64,000 nucleotides of DNA, taken from contig CM082588.2 in the NCBI GenBank assembly GCA_040954595.2, forward strand, positions 5,210,156 to 5,274,155. The letters run 5' to 3'. The stretch comes from Balanoglossus misakiensis. Its lineage: Eukaryota > Animalia > Hemichordata. A program made the position numbers and the translations under genes. The notes beneath the pieces were generated by a model. The model was given only the letters and a program-made list of their open reading frames with translations. It had not been told where the DNA came from and did not search any database. This document shows, one piece after another, positions 13,298 to 23,572 of this stretch (position 1 is the first letter of the stretch; each line of letters opens with the position of its first letter).

Positions 13298-13830
13298 TCT
13301 CATTTGTGTAACATTTAATCGATAGTGGTGAGATGAACATTTGTCTACTTTTATAGAGCTTTATTGGAAATACTCGAATGAAGCGTAGTTGAGTCATTAT
13401 TGGACTATGTAGAACTGATGTGATTGTTTCATAATCCCTTATTGCAAAAAAAGTACACAGTACCTCTGACGCTGTACGTTGACTTTGGAACATCCTTTAC
13501 CATGAGAAAATATGAAGAAAGGTTCTGGAGTGTGATTTTCGAGTCGAAATTGCACTAAAAGTTGCGGACATTTCAGCAAAATGACATTGTCCTTGACATG
13601 ACACTGGGGGCGCAGCTTTGAAGCGAATTTCACTGACGTTGCTTTGGATCATATCGCCTCAAAATACTGACTATTCTTTTCGAAGATGACACAACAAGGA
13701 CAATTTAAAACATGAAGTAAGTACGCTTATTTTGCAGTGTGTATGTGCTAACCAAGGCTTGTCCGGGGACATGGCAATGCTTGGCTGTTACTCGACTTTT
13801 TGGCCATGATGGACCAATATACTTCGTAGC

Positions 13831-13836
13831 AATAAA
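13831..13836 (+). terminator. Candidate poly(A) signal of gene A (AATAAA; a second at 13977-13982)
   Basis: AATAAA hexamers about 0.5-0.7 kb after the stop codon. Confidence 0.35.
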
Positions 13837-14737
13837 ACAGTTTAATACCGATTGCATCCGAGGTATTGCCTACTGCGATTATACGGTCGATAGTTTAGAC
13901 TATGACGAGAAAGGGATAGCTGGCAGTACAGAAAGTATAATGCATTTAAACAAAATAACATTTCCACTTTTGATTGAATAAAACGAAGAAAATAGCAAAT
14001 TCTAATTTTGGTGACTATAGGTGGATATTGAGCATATTAGGCCGGGATAGTTTTTCCTTCGAATTGGATCTGAGCTTGGATGTATTGTACTTAGAATTAT
14101 TTCATACATAAGAATATAGTCGTCTTTTGTACAGACGGATTTTCTTCACACGGAAGAGCAATCGCCGAAGCAACATGGGCTTGCAGACCGAGTTATAATT
14201 TAACCTCCAGGACCACATTTATTGTGTCATACTTGGACAGGCAGTACTACTGGTCCCGATACTCAGGTTTTTGAGACGACAACTTCCGTGTATATTTGTG
14301 CAGATTTCGGCGCCCTTCTTATTGTTAGAAAGATATATGCATTGTGACATTGTGGTACGTCACCAAGCATCGAAAGTAGATGATGTAAAATCCTCTCTGG
14401 ACAAGAATGTCATTTCAGAGAACGAATTCCATTTGGTGATGAGGATCTTATGATGGATGCCCAGATCATAGTATCTTGCAGGACGTTATTTAAAAGGGCA
14501 ACACGGATTATAATGTAGCCGCAGATGAATTTTTTAAATAAAAATAAATACAAAAAGAAAACCATGGCTTTCTTGCTTATATGGCAGTTTTTAAGAACAA
14601 GGCAATCACAAAATCAATCACGTCAGAAACGAACTTTATTAAGATAAGCTTTACAATGGTTAATGCTATGGACTACATGTTTCACTCCATCAACACATTT
14701 TCTTTGACTTTGTTAACTAATAAATAACTAAATAATT

Positions 14738-14752
14738 ATAACTAACTAACTA

Positions 14753-14807
<55 letters not shown>
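14738..14807. repeat. (TAAC)n microsatellite with degenerate flanks
   Basis: Directly visible tetranucleotide run between the convergent 3' ends of genes A and B. Confidence 0.95.
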
Positions 14808-15340
14808 TGGTGGATGACTGATTGACTAACACTGACTGACTTACAGACTAGCCAATATAACTGACATGGCAAATATGACTGACTACCTACCTAACTCTAA
14901 CTAATGATGTGTCTCACTCGGGGATGTAGTCTCGGCAGGATCAAACAAAAGTCACTTGTCAAGGTGGTGGGGATTGCATAGGTATAATCTCGTTAGATAT
15001 TGTTTCTGCATCTTGAACATAGCAAAACTCAGTATTATTATTATTATCATTATCCAATGAACTACATGTAAATTACTCTTCAAGCCATCATTAATGGTCT
15101 CGAATTTTAACAAGATATTGTTCACAGCTTGCATTTAAGTTTCATGTTTTACAAGACGGCAGCTTAACTGCAGCTTTACACACTACCACACATTGAACAG
15201 TAATTGTTGTGAGCCATTTTAAAATTAAGTATGATCAAAGAAAATTTATATCATTTCTTGATTTCATCGGGCGAAGTGTTCATATCACGACTGTAAATGA
15301 AAATAATGAAATCACACTTACTAAGGAACAATTCGACTTG

Positions 15341-15400
15341 GGATATGGCTCTAAGATACGCCCAAATTGCGGAAATGGCTCTAAGATAAGCCCAAATTGC
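15341..15400. repeat. 30-bp tandem duplication (2 copies)
   Basis: ggatatggctctaagatacgcccaaattgc / ggaaatggctctaagataagcccaaattgc, 2 mismatches. Confidence 0.9.
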
Positions 15401-15599
15401 CTAAAATGTAAAACGAAAACGTCTTAATCGAAATCTGCCTCTGAGAGTGAACCCAGCTCGGAAGCAGGAGTTCAAGACATTTCGTGACGAGAATGAAACT
15501 GGCCATGTGATGTGCATGTGACCCATGTACTAGTATTTGATCAGTTGGTTTCGTTTGTTCGTTATTGCTGTAGTTCCGCTTCCTGTTGCCCGTCAGCGT

Positions 15600-16225
15600 T
15601 CACGATTTGTCCAAATCGTTGTCAATGATATCGTAACACAGTGTCTGTGTGTCTACTCCGGGGGTTTGCAGAAGAAGAGACAGGGTGGTTGACACCGTTG
15701 CTATGGTGAACAAGATGAGTAGAACCTTGTCCAATATGGTGGCCACCTTCACCCATTCCTCCCTCAGGGCAGATTTCCTCTCGTTCTTCCTCTGCACCTC
15801 CTTCAGGTGTCTAAATATCTGCTCCACGTAGTTCCCCATCTTCCCGAACTGACGCTCACCGAGAACACCGTCGTCGATATGGTGAAAATGCCGCGGGGAG
15901 CTCGACGCTTGACTCCCTGTACGCGCGCGGCCGCTCGTTGAGTAGTTCGTCTCCTTCTCGAACCCCGACAGCATGAGACGCCGACCGACGGCGGGCGACG
16001 GGCGGAGTCTGATGATACCCGAGGACTCGTCGCGCGGGATCCTCCTGGGTTTCTTGGGTTCGATGGCGCAGCTACAGTTCATGAAGCAAACAACCGCGAG
16101 GTACTTCAACACCACCACTTTGACCCATCTAGGAACTTGCCTATTGCATACATTAACATTTAAAACGGCGATATTCATTGCAGTGGATACGGAGATAAGA
16201 CACATGGCCGCCAAATAGTACTGAC
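15600..16225 (-). CDS. CHRNA9/10-like: Gene B exon 6b (M3-M4 of distal module, stop)
   Basis: tctctag|GT CAG TAC TAT, EEWVKVATILDK, open to TGA at 15600. Confidence 0.94.
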
Positions 16226-16345
16226 CTAGAGACAACGATGAAAGAAACCAAAACAGTAATATATCAGAATGTACCTGAACACATTGGTAAAGTTTTTAAG
16301 AAAAGACGTTAAAAAAACAAAAACTTACCCTCCCGAGTTACCTAC

Positions 16346-16896
16346 CTATCAAGGGTATTTCCATGGAGGTTCTGGGCATCATTTGGGCAACTAAGAGAAG
16401 AAACACAGTCAGGGACAGAATGAGAGTCACACTGAGGTTGGCTTTGACGACTCCAACGTTGTACGGCATGAAGAAACCGAGGAACGACAGAGCGCAGAGA
16501 AGAATGCAGGGAGTGATCAGGTTGTAGATGTAGTAGAGGGGCTTCCTCCGTATGCAAATATAAAACGTCACATCCGGGTACAGCTCCGGGCAGCAGTCGT
16601 ACTTGACTACGTGCTCGCGCGTGAGGGCCACCTGCAGGTCCCACTGTTCGTTCTTCATGAACGTGGCCACGCCGGGTCCCTCGGCTTGACTGGTCAGGTT
16701 CAGTTGGAGGCTGTGGTACGTCCAGGAGCCGAACTTCATCTTGCACGCCTGCACGTCGAAGGGGAAGTACTTGACGAACACCAGGCATGTGCTCTTCAAA
16801 ATGGTCGGCCTGGAGATGTACATTATGTTACCAGTGTTGTAGACGACACAGTTCGATGCCGAACTGTTTCCCTTGGAGTAGTCACCAGCGGCTGCA
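16346..16896 (-). CDS. CHRNA9/10-like: Gene B exon 5b (Cys-loop CLVFVKYFPFDVQAC, WTYH, YDCCPELY, M1-M2)
   Basis: tttaacag| acceptor, IPLIG|gtaggt donor, 551 nt, starts in phase 2 matching exon 4. Confidence 0.94.
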
Positions 16897-17463
16897 CTGT
16901 TAAATGGTAAGAAGTAAAAGTGATATTATTTAAATATATTGTGTATCATAAGGTTTCCTTTCAATAGGTAAGCAGAGAAATCATGCCGAAAATGTGTAGG
17001 CCAATTCCATGACCCACTGAGTCACGGTGACCTTACATCCTGGTATGTTGTCGGTATGACATCATACCTCAGTCGGGGATACATACAACGATCACCCTTT
17101 TGTAACAGAAAATCCCCACGTTGTGCTCTAGAGTGAGTTACCAATAATATAGTTGACTGTTTCGGAGTTTAAATCCAAGTGGAGAAATATCACTTAGATA
17201 CGACACTTACCATATGCACCATTTTCCCAAGTCTAACGCCCTCGCGCAACCATCATGAATTTGAACTCAAAGCGGGGCCAATGGAGAAACATTCTTGCTA
17301 TGATTGGTCAACTTCTACCGATTGACCTCGCATTGAGTCCAAATTCACGACGGCTGTGCATGTGTCAGGGCGCTAGACGTATTGTTTCTTTCGAAACAAT
17401 TGAAGCAAAATTCTTACAATATTGACGCAAGACTGGCAGCCGTGCAGAGTGGCAACGACACTG

Positions 17464-17469
17464 TTTATT
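17464..17469 (-). terminator. Candidate proximal poly(A) signal ending gene B module a
   Basis: AATAAA on the - strand about 250 nt after the 6a stop, followed by GT-rich sequence. It is the only such hexamer I saw between 6a and 5b. Confidence 0.55.
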
Positions 17470-17721
17470 TAGCACACAACACCCGGGGAAATCTTAAGAG
17501 CATGAATGAAATAATTAATGAGTTGAATACAAGTATTTCTTTGCACTTCCACAAATTACGTTAACACTATGATTACGCTTAATGTGTCTAATTTACATAT
17601 GCTCATACATTCACGGTGTTTTGATACATTATTCTAAATTCTATAACTCGTGTTAACTATTAATTTTGCATGAATGGGAGACGTATATTGTCTTTTATGA
17701 AATGCCGCATACTGGATGCTA

Positions 17722-18338
17722 TCAGGGTATATTGTAAAGTTCTAGCAATTCTGTGTAATTGCCATAAAATGATTCATCGTTTTCAATTCTCCTGTCACAT
17801 AACTTTGTAGTGTCCCCTGGATTCTGCAGTAAGAGAGCCATGGACGTGACGACGGTTGCTAAGATAAACAAAACCATCAAGGTCTTGTCCAAGACGGTGG
17901 CCACTTTCATCCACTCGTTCCTCAGGGCCGCGTTGCGATCGGCCTTCCCTTGTACCATCTTGAGGTGAGTGAATATTTCCGCGACGCTACTCTCGACTTT
18001 GGAGAACCGCGGATCCAGTTCCTCGTTCAGGTTCTCGTGGCAGCTGTGGAACGCGGAATGTCGGACGCCGGAATTGTGGCTGTCCCGGAGACTGTTTCTC
18101 TCGTAGGAGTTGTCATAGGAACGGGCTCTTCTGAAACCGGTGGCGACTGACGAGGGCTGCGCAGAAGTGTTCTTTCTGCAGTGGTTTTCAGCCATGCAGA
18201 CCGCTGCCGCCAAATACTTCATCACGGCCACTTTGATCCACGGTGGAACTTCTCTCCTGCACACGTTGACGTTCAGTACGGCGATGTTCATGGCCGTAGA
18301 TACAGATATCAGCGACATAGCTGCCAAATAGTATTGTC
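17722..18338 (-). CDS. CHRNA9/10-like: Gene B exon 6a (M3-M4 of proximal module, stop)
   Basis: ccactag|GA CAA TAC TAT, NEWMKVATVLDK, TGA at 17722. Confidence 0.94.
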
Positions 18339-18789
18339 CTAGTGGAGACAAAATAGTAAACTCAAAACTAAACCGACATATATCTAAATGGGGTGATAAA
18401 AGAGATAACCTGCTTCGGATATGAAACTGGGTTAATTTAGACTGGTTTTGTCAATGCTATATTACCAATTTATCTTTACAGTCATTGGTGAACGACATTC
18501 TGGTGAAAGTGGCAACATAACATCTACCCAAAGACAATTAAGTGCATCGCTAATTACTGATTCGGAATGGAATGCCCAAATTACGCACGTGACTGGATGT
18601 ATTGGTAATTGGCTTTTCGGACTTAACCAAGGGATCGGTAAGTGAAATTCAAAGAACTCCATTTCATGACAGTAAGGTAACACGCATGCACCACATAACC
18701 CACTATGACACAGGTATTCGTGCTGTTTGTCATTGGCTGGCGTTACCATCTTTCAAAAAGTCAAGATAATGTCCAGAAGGATAAATTAC

Positions 18790-19340
18790 CTATAAGCGGA
18801 ATCTCCTTGGAGGTTCTGGGCATCATCTCGGCCACCAAGAGAAGAAAGACGGTCAGGGAGAGAATCAGAGTGACGCTCAGTGAAGCCTTCACCACCCCAA
18901 CGTTGTACGGCATGAAGAACCCCAGGAACGACAACGCACACAGCAGCACACACGGGATGATCAGGTTGTAGATGTAATACAGGGGCTTTCGCCTGATGCA
19001 TACGTAGAAGGTGATATCCGGGTACCTTTCTGGGCAGCATGGGTAGAATATGATGTGAAGGCGCGCCTTGGCGAACTCCAAATCCCACTGCTCGTTCCGA
19101 ATGAAGTACTGTAAGTCAGGCGTGGTTCTGACCTGGACCATTTTGACCTGGAAGCTGTCGTAGGCCCAGGAGCCGAACTTCATTTTGCACATCTGGACGT
19201 CGAAGGGGAAGTATTTCACGTACACTTGGCACGTGCTCTTCAGTATTGTAGGCTTGGACTTGTAGAAGACGCCGCCTGTCGAATTCACCACACAGTTTGC
19301 TGCCGACTCGCTTTCCTTAGTATAGTCGATGGTATCCGCG
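18790..19340 (-). CDS. CHRNA9/10-like: Gene B exon 5a (Cys-loop CQVYVKYFPFDVQMC, WAYD, YPCCPERY, M1-M2)
   Basis: ttctcattcag| acceptor, IPLIG|gtaatt donor, 551 nt. Confidence 0.95.
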
Positions 19341-20740
19341 CTGAATGAGAAGGAAACAATGACACCTGAGTCGTTGCTGCAAGTTTCATTCAGTTGACGT
19401 TCGGACGGTCAATGAGAGCAGGCGTGTGAATGTTCTCAATGGCACTAACACATCTAGATGGCACAAGTTGTGTTTGGCAAGACGCGTTTCGTTGCTTTGC
19501 TTATGTTAGACGGATAGCGTCCAATTGTAGACCCAAGTCGACCAACAATTCAAATACCGAGCCACTAAGGATGTTAACCGATTTCTAACTTGATAATAAC
19601 AGGGACAGTGAGTGAGTACTATGCCGAGATTAATCTCTATGCTGCAGCATTGTATAAATGTGACGTATTTCAAAATCATCATGCATATTCAATAATACTT
19701 GCGAGTATGTCATGGCCGGGCATCTGCAGATGACATGCTTTGGAAAAGAATGAATTGGCCAAACGACACACAATATGTGAAAACAAAAGAAACACACAAA
19801 CAAGACGCACACCGTTCTAGAAACAACATACAAGTATCCCCCCCCCCCCCCGCTAATCTTCAACTGGATCATGTTCGTTAATGTATGACATGTCAGAGAC
19901 ATAGCGAAAAAGACACCTTTCCGTTTTTGCTGATTGGTAAAATATTTTTAGATATGGGAACCCTTTCATATTAACATATTTTGCTGGGAATATAATGCGA
20001 AATTTGAACTGGGGTTAATGCAATCTACATCAATCTATCAAGAAACACCTATGTATTGAATTTAAACCTTACCTATTTGAGTACCGAACTGATGAGTAAA
20101 CGCGTCGTTGGGGTTAAAATTAGACAAAAAATGTCCCGGTTGTTTTCGGTGAGTGTGCTTGGTTTGTGCTCGAAAAACAAAACTGTATTTGTTAGTATAC
20201 ACGGGGCCTTCTATACGTGTTTCCAGTGAGAACCAGGGTGTGTTTGTTAAACTCTTCGTGTGTGCACCCAGAAAACAGGAAAAACTAAATTGCTGGCGCA
20301 TCAATGAATGTTCATGCTATGACCATGCTGTGTGTTGATGATGGTTCTCGATAAACGAGAGGGTACAGCTCTTGGACATGCTGAAAAGCCATATTTAATC
20401 TTCAAGTTGACACATGCAAGCCTTGTACCCTCATACAAGACCTTGGCTGTATGCAAATCATGCCAATATCGAGTTAAATAAACCAAATATAAAACGGGAT
20501 ATTCATACTCGAGCAATGCAGAAATGAAGCTTTTTTAACATGTAAACCAGACCTAGATATTTTACGCCAACTCATCACTGTAACCTCCAAAGATGCAGTC
20601 GTTAGTTTTGCCATGACTGTTTATAATTAATCGAGAAAGTTTTGCTGACCAACGGAATGTTCTCGTAAAAAAGTAAACGCGCATGTTTATTGTCATACAT
20701 CGATTTGATTTTCAAATCGCATGAAAACATCAATAGGTCC

Positions 20741-20806
<66 letters not shown>
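20741..20806. repeat. (CAA)n microsatellite in gene B intron 4
   Basis: About 22 perfect trinucleotide units. Confidence 0.97.
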
Positions 20807-20872
20807 TATAAATGGCACAATTGCTGTTTTGTAGCATTAGTAAATTAAATGTAACGGAGCGGTCATCCTTAC

Positions 20873-20982
20873 TTGTTATACAGTGTGATATCTGGCATCC
20901 ACAAATCAGACGAGGGAATTCGAATCTGGTCGATTCCGTCATATTCATCCGGATTCCACCTCATCATTTCATCCATCCACGT
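20873..20982 (-). CDS. CHRNA9/10-like: Gene B exon 4 (TWMDEMMRWNP...LWMPDITLYN)
   Basis: gtttcag| ... |gtaagg, 110 nt. Confidence 0.94.
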
Positions 20983-21311
20983 CTGAAACAACGAAGGCTA
21001 AAGTTTGAGTTTAAACGGATAGCATTTCAAGATATCTAGATTATAGATTCTTAGATGGCTCACAATGTGAAATTGTTTCTGCATTCGTAAATGATGTTAA
21101 AAACGAGAGTCCCGGAACTACTTTTATCCTTTAGGAATTTGTTTCGAAACGAAGCACACTCATGACTAATAGATACTGTAGGTGATGAATGGTCACATGC
21201 ATGTAAATGTTTACAACGATCCTCCATTTAAGGAGGCGGCCATTTGCCATTTAACGTAATGAATATTCAGTGGAAAATGTCATCGTCAATGAATCCCGAG
21301 GGAAGGTTTAC

Positions 21312-21356
21312 CTCAGTCGTCCATATATTAGTTTTCAGGACCTGGTTTCGTTCGTC
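21312..21356 (-). CDS. CHRNA9/10-like: Gene B exon 3 (DERNQVLKTNIWTTE)
   Basis: ctttcag| ... |gtaaac, 45 nt. Confidence 0.93.
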
Positions 21357-23435
21357 CTGAAAGTAAAAGAACAGAATCGTTACAGGTTATATACTAAACT
21401 GTATACACATTGAATTTGTGTGTGCTAATTTACTGTGATATGGATCAAATCATACCTACCCATACACCCAGTCACCATGACATATTTAATATGCAGAGAC
21501 GAATATCATATTATAAGTTATTTGTTTTTGTAAGTGAATAGATGGGTGTGTTTAAACACACAGTCATAAATAACCGATGTATATTCATGTATTTTTATTT
21601 AATCTCTAACTTGGGATTTCATGTTCCCAAGGAGCGGAGTTTTAACTGATGTTTATTGGTCATTTGATCATAGTTGTATAACTCACGTAAACGAATACAT
21701 GTAGCTGGAATTATGAGAGCCTTGTGTATTTGACCAGGCAACATATTCATGCGAAAACTGAGATTGCGAGTCTCGGCTTCCCTGGAATTCCATAGTTTAA
21801 ACATCACCGGAGCTCAAAATTGAAAAGTGACCACTTCGCTTTTATACCGATCGTCCTACTATAAGCAGCGACATTTTAGTTCCGTTTGTTTCATGAATAG
21901 CAATATCAAATATTATAATATGTAAGAATTTAAATTGTTAACATTAATGCGCATGGAATTTGCCTTCCTAAAACATCGTCATCGTTCTATGCTTCGCTGA
22001 GGAAAGTGTTCCAAGTAAGACTCATTGCACCTTGAAATCAGTAAATTGATGTTTGATCAACCAACAATCAAAACCACATCCAAACTCATTTTTTTCGCAT
22101 GTTTTATTTAACTCAACGTATTGCACACTATAACCAAACGATACGCCAGACATTCTATTAAGCCGGACATTGATTTTATTCTAAGTGATTTCACAAAATA
22201 ATAAACCAGGGGAAGCGATAATAATATGAATACGACATCTGAGTAGCACATGGCAGATAGTTCGGTATCTAATACCACGCCTGAAGGAACAGATTGAATA
22301 CACTTGTCATCGCCCATGCGATTTGCAATCTCTCTTCACCTCAGACTAAAATGAAGTTATCTGGTTTCTAAAGGAATGACGCGCTTGGAAATGTGAGTGT
22401 GGCGCCCTGTATTATCTAGACAAGAAGTGTATAGTTGTCACCAACAGAGGTGGTGTGTCTTATCTCCAGTCGTGGTTATTGTTCAACTGAGTGGATTTTT
22501 TGAAGAAAAATGCGTTCAGTTGCTGAAAGTATAGATCGTATCAGGACCACTTATCAAAGAACGTATTCTGAATAAGAGGGAACCTTGATGACATAATTTG
22601 TATTCGAGTCTTGAGAATTGGTGCGGCGCTTGTAAATTTGTCACAGTCATATTTGGTGTTTTTACTGTTTCCGCCCGTAAAAATGTCCATAATATGGCAC
22701 ACCCTAAAATCTTGAAACATTATATTGCATTCAGGAGACACGTCATATGTGTTTGGAAACCATAATTCGTCTCCCAGAGAACCATTATGATCGCGAATAA
22801 TTCCCCTTCGTGATAACGTTCCACTCGATACAAACCCTCATTTCTACTGGACAAAGTTTCTTGTGGTTTACCAATCATCTTTTTTTCTATGTGATGAACC
22901 GACACAAGTGGTACTTTGCCAACATAGAATAGAACAAAAATTAATGCCCTGCACTTTTCAGGTGCGATTAGACATTTGCCATTGTCAACATGCTATATGT
23001 ATTATGTATGATATACGTCTTAATTTCAACAGCTGATATGAAATTAAACTCATGTTTTTTTTCAAATCGCTAAAAAGCTTCCTAGAGTTTAACGATACAC
23101 ATTTACTGGTTTGCCTAAATTCATTTATTATTTATTCTCTTTATGATTTTTCCTCGCATTAAGTTTTGTACTAAACCTATTTTAAGGTATAAATAGCCTA
23201 AGATTGGTGATAATGGTCTGTCTAATTGAAGTTTCTACATACACTCGTTTACGACAGTAGCTTTCGATGGCTTTCCCTAATCGATATTGCCTGTCGATGT
23301 TTGCATGCAATATATCCAGCGAAACGTGAAACTAAAGTGCCCTTAAATGGCCTGTCACGTATGCAAATGTAGTAAATTACAATTTAGCGCAACAGCATCA
23401 GTGACTGAACCATGAAAAGGTTGATTTGGACTTAC

Positions 23436-23572
23436 CATATCAGCAATCTGGTTCAGGGCCATGTCAAAGGTCACCCAGATCGGATTGGAGAAATTCTTGA
23501 CTGGACGCACTTTCTTGTTGTAGTTCTTGAACAGATCATCGAAAAGTTTCTGTTCGCTACCAATAGCAGAAA
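23436..23572 (-). CDS. CHRNA9/10-like: Gene B exon 2 (SAIGSEQKLFDDLFKNYNKKVRPV...QIADM)
   Basis: tttacag| ... |gtaagt, 137 nt. Confidence 0.93.

Noticed and set aside
11466-13311. Long alternative-frame and antisense ORFs overlapping exons 5 and 6 (e.g. 11466..11981, 11558..12127, 12571..13311, and equivalents at 16342, 32786, 33651, 36737)
   Set aside because: These are shadows of GC3-rich coding sequence. They start and end with the real exons and show no recognisable domains.
14271-14453. Short ORF with an SLDKNVISENEFHLVM segment vaguely like ORFs in invertebrate mobile elements
   Set aside because: It is too short and degenerate to support without a database search.
15600-16896. Distal modules (Bb and Cb) as pseudogene fragments or as independent genes
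   Set aside because: There are no stops or frameshifts, splice sites are intact and the modules are conserved in both paralogues. No exons 1-4 were found in the 0.8-kb or 2.3-kb spacers.
20602-20948. Poly-Val / poly-Leu ORFs (also 27964..28161 and the TNKQ repeat ORF at 35164..35439)
   Set aside because: These are translations of microsatellites.
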